From NCBI GenBank assembly GCA_030141605.1, contig JAQGDQ010000153.1, positions 248,001 through 312,000 of the forward strand: DNA of 64,000 bases. Reading direction: 5' to 3'. The position numbers and the translations under genes were made by a program. The notes below the pieces were generated by a model. It was not told the origin of the DNA, did no database searches, and saw only the letters and a list, made by a program, of their open reading frames with translations. Shown piece by piece: positions 14,093-29,104 of the stretch. How positions within the stretch are numbered: position 1 is the stretch's first letter; each line of letters opens with the position of its first letter. The stretch comes from Tubiluchus corallicola. Its lineage: Eukaryota; Animalia; Priapulida.

Positions 14093-14221
14093 TATGTATG
14101 TATAAGTGGGAGGGAGGAAATTAGATTATGCTTATCGTAATCGGTAAATCATTGTATGTTACAATTTTAGAGTACAGTGTAGTACTGCACAGTACATTAC
14201 AATACTATACAGTACGATACG

Positions 14222-14800
14222 GTAGTAGTAGTAGTAGTAGTCTATTGACATTAGTCCAACAAACACTTCACAACAAAATAATAATAATAACAATAAATAT
14301 ACATACATCCTTACGTTTATACTATACAATAATATTCTAGCGAGATTGTCATGGGAATAAATTTAGTATATCTGTAATATATTTTGCACATGTTTCCGAC
14401 TCTAAATTGAACAGTTCGTCTGTATTATTAACAGTCATATTGCATTTTTTCGCACTCCTTCAGTCACTACATCTTGTTACTACGTGTTGCTCATCTTTTA
14501 CTTCATTTTCGCAAATATTACACAGTCCTCTATAGTGCGGTACCGGGGGTCTTACCCACCTCCCTGTTTCAACTTTCAATTGATGTGCAGATAAAACAAA
14601 CCGGCTAAAATTGATACGACGTGAATCAGCCATATTAGTAGTATATACCTGGTGCTGTTTAAGTAATGGATTGAGAGATACATAAGTTTGAAAACGTGTT
14701 TTTGTTAAACTCTTCCTTCTAACCACCTCGCCTAAATCCTTTGGGATATAATTAGAGTAAGACATAAATGCTCTGTAACGACAGGAGTTTATATTTGTTG
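14222..14800 (-). mobile_element. Non-LTR retrotransposon 3' fragment (RTE-X-like ORF2 C-terminus)
   Basis: Minus-strand translation FSRFVLSAHQLKVETGRW...LCNICENEVKDEQHVVTRC is a C-terminal CCHC region of LINE ORF2. The 3' UTR ends AATAGA plus a (CTA)n tail (14222-14241). Confidence 0.75.
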
Positions 14801-15776
14801 AATACAATGAGATACGATACGATACAATACAATGAAATATAATTATCAAATTATAGGCAAACTGTTTAACGCAATCTTTGTAAAAACCAGCGATAATAAT
14901 TATATAACCTGTACCTACAACGCGCTGTTGACTATCAAATATTTAACAAACATTAATGCAGTGAGGTAGATCTTTTATAGAATTTATATATTTGACTATT
15001 ACAAAATCAATCGAAGTTGTGTATTGGAATACTTTATAAAACGGTTTTGTCATTCAAAATCAGATGTTGGTTCTGTTGCACTGAATTAAGATTATAGAAA
15101 ATTTAAGCAGTAGAAGATGTATGACTGTAACTGTTTCCATCGTGATTAGGGCAAGTTTGCGCAGCAGAGCAGCTAAGTGTTTGGTTAATAATATATGAGC
15201 TATGTGGCCTAAGTGTTTCCGAGCGAAAACTTGGCAGTAGTTAATGTATTTTAAAAATCTTAACATTTCTTAAAGTCCAAGTCACTTCGTGCAATAAATG
15301 CATTAAGAATTCGTTTTTAGGTATATCAATGTTAGGTGTTAATATAATAAACAATGATGGACTTATGTCCCCATGTACATAAGCAATAAGAAAGAGTTGG
15401 ATCATGTTGCTGAAAAAAATTGAGAGGGGTTGTAAAAATATTTAGATATTTGCTTAATTCTTGACAAATAGGCAAACATCCGTATAGAAATTTTCTGTCA
15501 ATTTCAAATTATAAAAAATTAATAGCAATAAGTTATCAGTGATGACAAGTTAACTCATGTCATCATATAATATATAATTAAGGGTACAGTATTAATATGT
15601 AAATTTTGTTTTCTTATTTGGCGGCGTATGCTATGTGGCTGAATGCCATACATCCACCAAAAATGGTCACGTCTATGAGAATTCATAACTGTGGTACACA
15701 ACGTACGTATATATATATATATATATATATATATAACAACTAGTTATATATGTATAACGTTATAACGTTGTTATAA

Positions 15777-15884
15777 CGTTTAAAACAACTAGTTATCAAA
15801 ACTGCGGTTTATATATATATATATATAAATCGCAGTTTTGATAAATATATAAATCGCAGTTTTGATAACTAGTTGTTTTAAACG
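15777..15884. repeat. Near-perfect inverted repeat (38-bp arms) around (TA)n with an internal 24-bp duplication
   Basis: CGTTTAAAACAACTAGTTATCAAAACTGCGGTTTATAT vs its reverse complement ending at 15884, one mismatch. Confidence 0.9.
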
Positions 15885-16295
15885 CATCATTTTATACTGT
15901 TTTTGCCATTTTATGGCGACAAGTTTTGTGCACATTATGCCACAACAAGATTTTACTGCACTGGTGTCTCCATCCCTAAAAAAGCTGATAATAGAAATTC
16001 GTGCCGCTTTAATATTATAAATTTTAATGACTGATTTGTCAACTTGGTTAAAATGGGAAATTATGGCGTTATTCAACTGTTGTTTGTAAAATTTCATGCG
16101 CGATAATCGCAAAGTTCAAACAATCACAAAATATAGAAAGCATTCTTTTGCGATCGATCATTTTGTAACTAAAGCATGATTACGATTTAATTCTAGTAGA
16201 AATGTAGCCTAAAGCTATTTGTTACATGCATTCAACGCAATGTACGATTACTGAAACGCTTCAATGGATTTTGTAGTAGCTATTTAGGTGGGATA

Positions 16296-16737
16296 TTAAA
16301 GGGAAGGGGAATTTTAAAGTATGTATATAAAGTATTTAAAGTAATTTTAAAACATAGTTTCCATACATAGTTATATTGTTCAGCATTATGCTTACCTGTT
16401 TGAAAGAATTATGTAAAACAAAATTCCTAACAATTTAAAATGTTCTCGCCAACTGGTAAAACGTCACAGTTTCACTATCCCAATGTGCTCCTACTGGTTC
16501 ACCATCTGGACTCGATGAGGTATCACATAACTAGATATCATTTCTCAAAAATATCTTCCCGTAATATCAATTTAGCGTAAACTTAAAGGGCAAGAAAAGG
16601 GAATTTTAAAGTAAATGCCAAAGAATTTACATACAATTATATTACTCAGTTTTACGCTTACCTGTTTGAAAGACTTAATTAACTGGGAAAGAAAATTCTT
16701 AATAATTTAAAATATTCGCTCACCTAGTAAAAACACA
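16296..16737. repeat. Diverged direct repeat (16296-16468 and 16583-16737)
   Basis: Both copies share TTAAAGGG..GGGAATTTTAAAGTA, GCTTACCTGTTTGAAAGA and AAAATTC.TAA.AATTTAAAAT. Confidence 0.8.
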
Positions 16738-17640
16738 TTATTGACAATATAAAGTAATTCAAGCCTTTACTTAATTAGCGAGGAGTATGCTACGAATGCT
16801 CTTATCATTTTTTCAAACGTTGAGCAATGTTCTAAACTTCTTACATTTGACTTAGCGTTAAAATGGCTGGGCATAAAGGTCATCGCAGGAGTTTAAATTT
16901 ACAAGTTTTATACAGTTTTACTGCTAATTCAGGTTTTCTATGCATTAAAAGAGTATGTAATCGATATAAGATTTTGACTAATTTTTAAGCTTTATTCCTG
17001 AAGTGTGTCTTCTTACGTTTTAATATACCATTCGTGAAAGTAATATAGGCCTACGTTCTAAAAGTCAAGCAGCAAACACATTTAATGTGTTAATTTAACA
17101 GCTCTTAAAAATAAAAGATAGTTTAAGCTTCAGTAAAATGTAGTTAGTAACGTCATGTAAATTTATAACTAAAGATTATTTAACAGGCTTACATACAATG
17201 GAAAAATATGGTAAGCAGCGAATATAAATATTTATGCGCGAAACCTCATGCTTATACGTATCTCGTTTGAGTATTTTCAACGTTTGACCCTGCGTAAGGA
17301 AAAATTGTGTGATGAAAGGTACGTATAAAAGCATTGTTTAGATAGACTGCATTGTATAGTACTGAGGTTAAAGGGGCACCAAATCAGAAATTTATAGTTC
17401 TTCCTCTTTCTTGCCAGTGGATGGCGCCACCAAATTTGTAATTTTCATTCGGCTGCACACTTTGTGCCTGCAAAGTTATCACGCAGATTCAGTTGCAGCT
17501 GTCTGTAGCACGTGCAGCTTCCAGTAGCAAGTGTAGCTGTCTGTAGGATGATTAGGCATTTGTAGCTACCTGTAACGATTCCATTGTGGATGGACACTGA
17601 GTAGAACATCAAACAGGGGGTAGAGGACAGGAGAGAGAAC

Positions 17641-17643
<3 letters not shown>

Positions 17644-17730
<87 letters not shown>
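17644..17730. repeat. (GA)n microsatellite
   Basis: Directly visible. Confidence 0.97.
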
Positions 17731-17734
<4 letters not shown>

Positions 17735-20700
17735 TTACACATCGTATGGTGACGTAGGTTTTTAATTAATTGCTCAAGATTTAATGATGCATATCATCAC
17801 TAAAATGCATTTATATAACTAGGCTTGTACAGGAGTTACTAGAACATACGCATCTCTATAATTTATAGTATTAGGCATTTATGTCTTGTACCTGCAAAGA
17901 TAGTGAAGTTGAGGTGACATGGAAAAACACATTTTTCATTGAAGAGAATTCTTCCCATAGGCGCTTTTCCTATCATTATATAGACAGGCCGACTTGTTTG
18001 AAATTCTGTCAAATATTACATTATAATATTTATATATCCTTTACTTGTCGCCCCCATCTAACTAACTAGTTCAGCCCTCGAGTGTCACATAGGACATTTG
18101 CCGACAAGAGTTTAATTTGAAATTTCGGCGGCATTCGCTTTTGTTGTTACGTTTTAAATTTATTAAAAAATTCATTGAAAGGTTGAAAGTAGGAACGCCT
18201 TCTTTATGTATTATCCCTGCACAGTACTTGAAAAGAGAAAGAGGGAAGGTGCGAGTCTTCCGGCATGGGCAGTTACAACGTAAAAATGACAATTATTAAT
18301 TCTATATATGAAATGAGGATGTATAAAATTATTTTATTTGTTACAAATAGAAGAAATACATACGTTCTAGTTCTTGGACTTCTACATAAAAAATATTGAC
18401 AGTGACACACAGACAAACATAATCAAGAAATAATGAAAGTAGTTTATACTATCTATCGTTGTTTTTATTTCAAGCAAAGCATGGCACAGATACATATTTT
18501 TACAAATTGGATTTATTTTTTAAACAAGCGTTTTTATCATTTTCATAGAAAATTAAAGAATTCTTTTCACATTCCAGTAATAGTTTGCACTTTTTGGTAT
18601 AATAACTTATCTAACTGTTCAAAACATCAAATATTACGTTTTCTTCTGCAATTATTTATATTGACTGCAACAGCGTATCAGATTATCAAACTAAACAAGT
18701 TTATGTATGTGGAATTTTTATTACGAAGCGGCGTTTAAACCCAGTCAGTCACCTTTCACCGTCGTAGATAAAAGGCAGGCGTTATTATGTCTAAAGACCA
18801 AAGGCAATTTTTATACACCTGTTGTGGGCTCTGTATATAACACACACAATTTTATTTTTTAGACTAGACAACATCTCATCATGAAACCTTTACCTGTAAC
18901 TCTTGCTTGTTTTTGTGTTAGATGTAGTCCAATATAAGTAAATACATGGGTTTGTTTGTTTCAGGTTTATGATTTATACATACACATTTTTGTAAATTTT
19001 TAAGTTCACGAGTAGCAAAGTAGAGTCGTTTTTGAAGAACTTACCTTGAGATTTTATTTCTGTCTTTCAATTTGCTTATGTACACAATGCTTTTGTTTTA
19101 ATATTTACGTTCATATTCAGTTTTTTGCCCGAGCTGTTTGTCAATTGATAATGATACTAATGAATTTACTGTACCAACCAAAAATTACATCAAAAATAGA
19201 ACCAATAAGAACCATACCATTGCTACAGAACATAGCAGTTTCTCTAGTTAAGAAACATTAATTTGTGTGCATTCACCAGTTTAAGGTAGCAAGGATAATG
19301 TATCAGGATAACACGCTAGTAAAAAAATAATTATTTTAATTGTAATTCTTGGGCTTGTTGACTCGTGCATGGTACTGCAGAGTTCGGGTTTCATTTTTGG
19401 CCAAATCGCAGAATACTACAAGCATATTAATAAGTCTCTTTTAAGATGTATAAGCGGTCAAAGAGAAAAATGCGAAAAATCGTTTAACGATATACCGGCA
19501 AATAAGACTGGATGAGTCCCAGCTGAGCAATACGTTCCTCATAAAATCTTTATTTTTTCACTCAGCTATATGTAAAATTTGTTTATTAATATGTGTGAAG
19601 ATCACCATTACTTGTACTTGCATTAGCCATAAGTATATCTTGCTTTTTCGCAGCAAAATATCGTAATTTAAGCAAACATTCTGATTTTATTCAAAGTTGA
19701 GGTTTTGTTTGTTGTTGCAAAGCAATAAATTGAATGCGAAACCTCCGCTTACGTTTAAAGCACTTTGCTGAGTATTTAAAGTTTTACAGCCAACAAGAAG
19801 TGGCATATACATTGTGTTAGACACAGCTTTCTCACGCCTTTTGTAACTTGTGCTGTCACTTCGCATTTGCAGTTGCCGAGGCCGTGCATTCAAGTCCGCA
19901 CTTTTATCTTGTCAGTTTGCTATACGTCTGCTCTTGTTCTTTTGAAGGAGGATCCACCTAGGTACAAGAAACTTGTCGATATTTCGGATTTTTTCAGCAA
20001 AAGCGTGCAAATTTGCGACAAAACCCGCAAGACACCTTTTCCGTTTAGTGAGTTTGCGAAAGGAGAAATATGGTATTTCTACTACTTGAAATGCTCATTT
20101 TCTGGAGGCTTCTGCCCCCTTTTCTTAGCAACTTCGTGTCGCCAGCGCACGCACCGGTAACTTGTGCTCAATTTTGTTAATTTCACGTAAGAGCTGAGGT
20201 AATTTACGTTTTTTATCGCATAATCTGTGCATAATGGCCGGCATTCATTTAGCTGTCAAATGGGCAGATAGCTAAGCATGAACTAGACAGCTCCCTACTG
20301 GGCCAGGAATATACATGTCAGCCCAATTCGGACGCTTAAAATCTGGAGTCTGCCACAACACACCTGTTGCCACTAAGTGAGCAGCAGCCTTAGATAACAA
20401 TAATCGCCATGAATTAGAACAGGAGGCCTAGTTTCAGTGGGAATAAAGCTGAAAGTTACCAATTTGAGTTATTTAGCCTCTTTACGTAAAAAAACGATAA
20501 AAGCCCACACCGGAAAGTTTGTTTAACATTTGGAAAAATGCATACTCGGTTCCATTGAAATAATCTATTTAATCTATTTGTAAATACAAATGTCAGCTAG
20601 ATAAGGCTTTTGGTCAACTATAGGCTTCTTTCGCATTTTCTCAACAAGTCTTTATTTATCCCCTTAGATTATGTATCTATTATTTCTATTGTTTTCATTT

Positions 20701-21001
20701 AATTACTAGTTTGTTTTTTTCGTTTCATTTATCAATTAAAACAAACAACCCCATGCGCAATAAATTAATCAAATTTCTTAGATGGAATTGAAGCAAAAGA
20801 AGTAAAATTTATTCACATTGCAGTAATTAATGCGCAACTAAAACATCTTTATAATTAACCTGAGCCCAAAGGTCATTTTTTTCCTATTTTTTAGTGATTG
20901 TATTGAGTGAGTGCACTGGCTCAGTTCAAGGCTCAGCCTCAGATTCCCGTCGTTTCCACTTCCGTTCTTCTACTTGTTTTGCGTCAAAAATGAACATAGT
21001 C

Positions 21002-21112
<111 letters not shown>

Positions 21113-24100
21113 TCGTATAGCCAGTAATTAAATTCTCGAATAAATCAATAAATCAATGAATAAAACACAAAATTGGGTTACGCCACAGTGTTTGCACATA
21201 TAGCTGTTGCACATCAAAACCTTGACCATTTTCTTCATGAAAATTCTCACAAATAATCCTCTAATTTGCTTCATCGGTTGAAAATGCAGTACTGACAGCA
21301 AGGCCCAGAGCATAGCGCAAATCTCATTATATCATTTCTAATCATAGCAATAATATTTTTAGAGAAAAATTGGCTGCGAGATAACTGATGCCGCTGGCTT
21401 CAGTGTAATGTATTTCTCACTGTCATTTGTATACTTAGCCTGTCCATCAGAAGCCATTTTCAGTCGGGCGAATGTAAGTCTAGGGGTGCAACATTAGAAT
21501 GTTCGCAGCCACTAAAATCGAAAATTTCTGATTAAATTCCTTCTGTGTGGTAAAACTACATTTGTACGGCATAATATTTTCAATTTTGGTCGCCTACGGT
21601 AAGTTTAGATGCTTCAATCGACTGTGTTTGTAGTCACCCTCTCGCCACGTATCATACAAGTTTAATAGTTAGTAATAGATTTTAATAAACGTAAAAGCAC
21701 TTTGCGCGGCTCCCGGCGGACAGCAAGCATCAGAAGGCTTGTCAGTGCATCCGTCTATAAACACAACGAATGGTGATTAATTTTACATAAGATCTCGCAA
21801 ATTGCTGAATTACGGGCGATCAGCAGACTCGAAGGTAATCCATTGTCAGAGTGAAATCAAATTAGTCGCTGGTGGCTGAATGCAACAACTTAATGAGAGC
21901 AGGGAGGAGTCGTTTAACTGGGAGTTTCATATTATAAGCGGCGGAAGAGGGCAGGCATGGAAGCCAGTAATTTGTTTATAGCCAGTTTAAGCCAGTATAC
22001 GACGATTCTCTGTTAGCAGGTCTGGAGTTGCAGGTCTAGTACTTAACTTGTACAACTTTATAAGACGAGGGAACTATTTTTCATATTTAGTCTTCTTAAT
22101 GCTCATTGGTGTGCCATAACCTTTTTTTATACAACTGATATGAGGCCGATCATTAATTGGCAATGCAGACTTCATTATGCAGTCTAGGTAACTGACATTA
22201 ATTTTCTTTTTTCTTGAATCACAACTAGTTTTAATTGTTTTTAAAACGTTATATATACGTATAACGTATAACGGATGTTATCTAACTTAATGCAAACTTA
22301 AGTTAAGCTAAAACTTATGCAAACAAGTTTCAACATACCAAAGCAAATGAAACTGACTTTTCAGCTCAATTTTGAACTGAATTGATTCGATGATGGTTGA
22401 AACCCGGCAGAATTTGTACGGCAGTACTGGTACTAGGTCAAAGTGACATTGCCCACAGATGTTTCTAATACTTGTCAAGGAGCCGAAACGAGCAGTTATC
22501 GATATTTGTTGAGGTGTATTCTGTTAGTGTAGAGCTTGTTTGTTAAATTGATTTTTGAGTTAATTCGTAATTAAATAAATAGGTTTTAATATCGAAAAGT
22601 AATGCAGATTAGTAGTCCTACATTTGTGACTGCGTTAGTATTATCAACAAATTAGTCAAATGGATATGATGATATCAATTATGATCAAAATTATTTTCAT
22701 ATTTTTAAGTGATTTTTCTGGAGGTAAGAAATAGCTTTTGCAAAAATACTACGCCAGAACACCTCACCACACCACGTGCTTAGCGTCTGCGCTCGAGACC
22801 TGGATTTGCCCCGATGAGGAGCAACTGGTCTCTTGAGTTGATTAGTGATCGCGATGAGAAGTAGTGGATGGTGATTAATGACCGGCGCGCCTCTGGAGGT
22901 GGGAAACGAAGTGTGGCTTCTTGCCGGATTGACATTTCAGGAGATGTATGGGACGACGCTTCACGAATCGCTGCGCCTCTAATCGCTGTGCAAAACAAAT
23001 GGCGCGCATTTTGTCACATTGCGCGCGAGTAAGCAGAAAGTAATTAAGCCTCCGCAGCGAAACCCAGAAAAAGGCATAAGCAAGGCTGACTTATTTGCGA
23101 GCTTATCTGTTTCACATTGTTTTGACGTCTTTTTTATTTTAGTTATTATTTTAATGAACTTTGCTAATTTACATAAAAGTTTAGTAGAAAGAAAAACTTA
23201 CCAATACCTTACTTTTTGGGATCAGTTTTTACTCTTTTTTTACCCCGTTCATGCTAACTGGCACTGAAAACAATGTAAGACTTTTAAGTTTCAAGTAAAG
23301 TATCCAATATTTTACTACTAGAATGGCTGGCTTTTACTGCGGTTGCTACATTAAGATGCTCTTAAGGTAATTTTTCTCGGAATTAATGTGCTTTTAAGAT
23401 CTTATTTCATTGGTTTTTGAAGGCGGGAGAGTGTTAGTTTTGCCGTTGTCATTCCTAGGAACAGGACAGCCTCTTATAAATCCAGTTTTCCGCTTGGGAC
23501 TCTTATCAGTAGAATTTCTTTATCAAAAAATTTTACTCTGTTTTTCTTACTTTTTTCAAGAGAAGACACTAACAGATCTCTCTTATCAGTTGCAGTTATT
23601 TATAAAAACTCGGTTTGTAGTGGGTACTGTATTTACAGGTTAACTTTCTAACTGTAGCCTTTTGAGTAAAACAGCACAATGGCCAGTGACCACTAGCCTT
23701 TATCAGTTCGATATGTATAAGAAATCACTGATCACTGTTGTACATTACATGATTTCTTACACTGATCAGCCATCTTCGAATCAAGCTCTTGTTTTGCGCG
23801 TTAGATTAAGTTAGAGTTTTGCTTTTTAATTTCTAAGACTTCAATTGAGAACATAGTATACTATGGCAATTAGTAAAAGTTTCGCCCACTAATATATTCC
23901 TAATTAGGAGCCTGCAATTTGGCTTTTTTGTTACCACGCACGCATCCTCGGGATCAGCCAGTATTTCTAAACTAATAAAGAAACTAAAGTGCAGCGGGTA
24001 ATAAATAAATATTGAATAGGACATGTGCTTAGTTGACAATTAGGTATAGTTAGCGATAGATTCTGCGTGGGGTGAGTATTTCATTAGTCTACCAGGACTG

Positions 24101-24359
24101 ACACTGGCATCAATTTGGTACCATTATTTTATAGTTTCTCTAGATAATTATTCCCAACAACATTATCCTCCGCCGAGTTCTCTGCCATAATTTCATTTCT
24201 GTTCATCTGAATGTTTTATCCCATAAATGCCAAAGTAAAGAGAGAAGGCAACTTTGGGCTGCTTTTTCTATACGGTTGTGAGTGTATTTGTTTTTTCACA
24301 TTTAAATTACTTGAAATTAGGATTTAGATTATTAAATACGAATTCAGAGTATTTAAAAT

Positions 24360-24800
24360 ATACGAATAAGGTAAGCAGTTGATGTTTCATCTTATTGAGA
24401 AAACGAGTGAATGTACCTAAACTGAACAAACTGATTGCTTAGCCTCCCGTAGAAAATTGACAAAGTTGTTTAAATTGCGCCAGAGAAATGGTTTTCAATT
24501 GAGTAAAATTGAGTACTTGCATATAGAGTGCGTATATATTGGAAAACTAATAAAATTAAACGTCCGCTATTTTACTAATGCAGTCAGCATTTCAGCTGAG
24601 ATCCAAAAAAATTAATGTACTTAGAAAATGATTAAAGTGTACTTGCACTGGAAAACAGACAAAAATGGCGCCCTGCACTAAGAAACTGACTACCACATTA
24701 TATACTTACACTGAGGAGCTGATTAAGTTGAGTACTTACATTGGGAACTTGATCAAACTAAGTACTCAGCTGTGAAACAAATTGAGAATTTATTAAACGG
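24360..24800. repeat. Degenerate ~30-bp minisatellite
   Basis: Recurrent AA(A/G)TTGAGTACTT(A/G)CA(C/T)TGGAAA.CTGA-like units, e.g. near 24505, 24635, 24725 and 24755. Confidence 0.6.
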
Positions 24801-27800
24801 TTCTTCAACGTAGATTTATTATTGTGCAAATTTTAGGCATTTTAGGCGAGTTTTCAGGATAGACTTTTCCCACCATTTCCCAACAATTAAGACAATGGAT
24901 CAGCCCACGGCTCACTCATCCTTTATTCGCCAGGGGAATTGCTGCACAGTTTGTAGGTAATTGCACTTGGCATATGGACTTCAGCTCATCTGATTATAGT
25001 TAAAACTTGATACGTTTAATAGGGATTAATCGGGGACAGAGCGCTCGCATTAGGCTTAATTAACGGCTCAGTTTCAGCGTCCAAATGGATTGTCGGCTCG
25101 CAGACAGCACTCCAGGTAGCCATGAAGCATTGCATTATGTTTATTACATACAAGTGAAACAGGCAGACATAATTAACTTAGTAAGTATTATATCAGGCAA
25201 GCGCTGCTTAATCAGGCATTATACGTCCAAATTTTACCAGGAAACTTTGCTGAGAATGGAATGGATTTTTAATTTTATAAAGGCGTTATTTGCACTCAGT
25301 GCTTAATCATATTATTTGTTTATGATATGGCAGTATTTTACTAGTTTTATGATTTCCGCATGATGAGCAGAGCTCTCTAGGTCTTAAGTTAAAAACATCG
25401 CATTAAAACGGAGTCCCACTCAATTTCACAACTTGCATACAATTTTGTCGTTAGAAGTCTATCGATTGTCTAAAACGTGCAATGTCTTTTTTTTAGAAAT
25501 ACAACACTTTTATTTATAAATTACTATATACTGAAATACTGAAAGTCTGGAATTATTAAGCATAATGTTTTTGGATTTCATAGGAGTTTAAAATTTAAAG
25601 CACAGATGCGATCCAAAAGACAAGTCACTAATATATTGTTTTTGAAAGTGCAAATACAAATACTTGTACATATGTATTCATGTATTCTAATTTAATTCCT
25701 TATTTGTGGGCGTTATAGGAGGTTTTTTCATCAGTAATTCATTACATATTCTAGAAATTTTGCATTTTCTTTATTCAACTTTATATGTCTGTATTAAATG
25801 CTACTTTGTACCTGAGCCTTTTTACCGAAGTACAAAAACTAATTTTTGTCTTAGAATTTCAAAAATTAAATAGTTTTACACTTTTGAGACAAGTGCTTTA
25901 AGAATAGTTATAGGCTTATGTTTTAAAAAAGCTTTTTGTCCGTCTTTAAGTCGGCCCATCTTCTACATCCATTTAGCTGCATAGTGCCAGTTTTTTTACA
26001 ATCCGAGATGTGGCTGCAAATTACTGAACCATTAACTTAATGTCTTTTAATCTTTAACAACGTGTCCGACATTGTAGGTTGTATATCGCATATTTCTGGC
26101 TCTATCCTATTTACTCAGTTATACCACTTTTACTGTTTATCAGGATGAAAATTAGCGTAAATATGTTTATAATAAATATCAATTTAGTTTATGGTGAAGC
26201 TTTAATTTTAAAATTTTGTATAAATAAATTGTCGCAATTTTCTTACTCCCAAAAACTATGAAAAACAAATATTCACACGGGTTACAGATCTATGATTCTA
26301 CATGTGCTTGTTCATTGAGAAATATTGCACTTCTTTTCGGTTATTATATTTACCACGCACTCATTAGCGTGGTAAATCATGACATTCATGTCATACATAG
26401 AACAATAGACATATATATTTACTGCAGAAAGTATTTATTTCATACAGAAACCACTTGTTTAATGCAAGTTTAAAATAAGTCTATAATTATGATTCATTAT
26501 TTCAATGCTTCTCACTCATTCGAAGGATAAAAGCTTAATTTACTATGCGTTTGTCTCATTATCGACAAATAACAAATACAGGAAAGGAGAAGAGTTACGA
26601 TGTAGATTAAGATCAAATATTTTCTCTACTGTAGATATTAGTTTATTTGACAACAATGGTGAAAAATGTCTTGAGATTCACGCATGCATAACTATGCACT
26701 ATTAGGTGTAAAATAAATGTTGGGCTAATAAATTATTGAAACTCGCCTATTTAAGCCTGTTTAACAAACTTGACACGCACAAGCTTGCATAGTTAGTGCA
26801 CCGCATTGCTGGAGGGCCGGAATGAGTCTTTTTCGGCAGCTCGGATCGGTAATATCGGCTCTTTTGAAGCACAATTAGAGGCGTCCATCGTATGTAACTT
26901 CTACCATCCCGCAAGTGGGTTATAATGGTACATCAACTGCGCCCAACAGCGGCCTGCCCACAGCAGAGTAGTAAAAGTTTGATGGATGACCGTATAAATG
27001 TTGTAATTAGAGGGTGTTGGTACAAAAACGAGCGCTAGTCCGGCTCTAAATCACGCCGTATCTCTAGTTTCTTTTATCCTCTTTCAAAGGCGAGACTATA
27101 TCCGAGGTTGCCCAAGATCAAAACCCATGTTAACCATGGGAAACTTGGAACAGTTCTCTTCTGCAGGTTGGATGATGCCAAACCTGAGTGGAACCGCAAG
27201 GATCAGTTATTTTAACAGCAAGGATATCATAAATCGAAATTCGATTATATAATTTTCTTTATATTGCCGGGAAATAAATAAACGCTGATATCGTCTGATC
27301 TTTCCAAGAGCCGCTCAACTTTGATCAATCACTTTAGTTTAAAGTCACATTTGTGATCCCACTTTTTATAGCCGAACGACATATGGAAAATCGCCTAACC
27401 TATAAAATGAGGCATATTTTCGCTCCTTGTCTAAATAAGGTCCTTTAAGTGTTAGTTGTGTTTACCCCATTTGCAAAACAAGTGTGTCGGCGTGTTTATC
27501 ATTAACGTAATTTAAGAACTTTGAGAAATTATCAGACATTGACGGCTTTTTATATTAAATAGAACAGCGTTGTAAAACCTAACTATTTCTGCGTTGCTGT
27601 GCCACAGTCATCAATGAGATATTGTTTTCATACGAAAGATAGTAGCTAATTCTAGGTGTAAATTTTAATAAGTCGAAATAAAATGTGCTACCCAGTCAGC
27701 ATTAGTAACTTAAAAAAACTACTAGGCACAAAAATGAGTTATAATGATATAATGTGTTACGATAATTGTAATAATGATTACAACAGAGATAATGACGAGT

Positions 27801-28582
27801 GTGATGGCAGTGATGGTGATGGTTACGGCACTGATGTGGGTAATATTAGGCTGGCTGTTGCAGACATTTTATCCACTTTGGTCGATTGTTTGTTGGTACC
27901 GTTTTTGGGATCTGTTTGATTTGGGATCACCTAAGCTGGTGAAGAGACCTGTTTAAAATTTCTCTTTTTAGTTGACCTTACCGATAGATTTTTTAAAGAT
28001 AAATCTTCACGTAGGCGCTCATAATTATTTGTAGACTCCACCCACTTTTTTCGGCAGTCCAAATAAATAAATAAATAGATAGATAAATAAATAAATCCTT
28101 TATTTTACATTACGCAGTCATGCAGACTATTTTTAGAGTTGGATCAAAGTTGAAACTTTTTAATTACGATTTTTCTGTGATCTTTGTTCACCCAGGATGT
28201 TTTATCTTTTCAAACAGACATATAATAATATTTTAAAGCTGATACAATTAGTCTCTGTAACCAAATGTAATAAGTGAAAAAACTGGTCTGTTTGACATTA
28301 AATTTTGGTTTTATTTCTCAACAGAGTACTGCCTGTATGCAAATAAGTTTTGCAAAAAATGGGAATTGTAATTCGGGAGGTTCCCTTCTATGGACATCAT
28401 TACTTCCAACTGCTTCGCCAATTTTTTAACAAATAAAAACGTTACCACAATTTGCAGATTTACCAAAAATGGAATTCTATAAAAAGTGGGATTCGAGTTT
28501 CACATAAGCTCAGACACACAAATTTCACATAAGAGAACTGAAACAGTCGGGAAACAGTTTTTGGTATAGCAAAACAATCTTA

Positions 28583-29041
28583 AATAATAATAACAATAAC
28601 AATAACAATAACAGTAACAGTAACAGTAACAGTAACAGTAACAGTAACAGTAACAGTAACAGTAACAGTAACAGTAACAGTAACAGTAACAGTAACAGTA
28701 ACAGTAACAGTAACAGTAACAGTAACAGTAACAGTAACAGTAACAGTAACAGTAACAGTAACAGTAACAGTAACAGTAACAGTAACAGTAACAGTAACAG
28801 TAACAGTAACAGTAACAGTAACAGTAACAGTAACAGTAACAGTAACAGTAACAGTAACAGTAACAGTAACAGTAACAGTAACAGTAACAGTAACAATAAC
28901 AATAACAATAACAATAACAATAACAATAACAATAACAATAACAATAACAATAACAATAACAATAACAATAACAATAACAATAACAATAACTATAACTATA
29001 ACTATAACTATAACTATAACTATAACTATAACTATAACTAT

Positions 29042-29104
<63 letters not shown>

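Noticed and set aside
27683-27919. Asp/Gly-rich ORF within the Lbx intron as an extra exon
   Set aside because: Low-complexity (GAT/GGT) decay, no convincing splice sites, and exons 1 and 2 already join in frame.
28609-28890. (TAACAG)n as recursive-splicing (ratchet) sites or telomeric repeat
   Set aside because: Ratchet points need AG|GT preceded by a pyrimidine tract, whereas the units read AGT with no tract. The motif is not TTAGGG or TTAGG.
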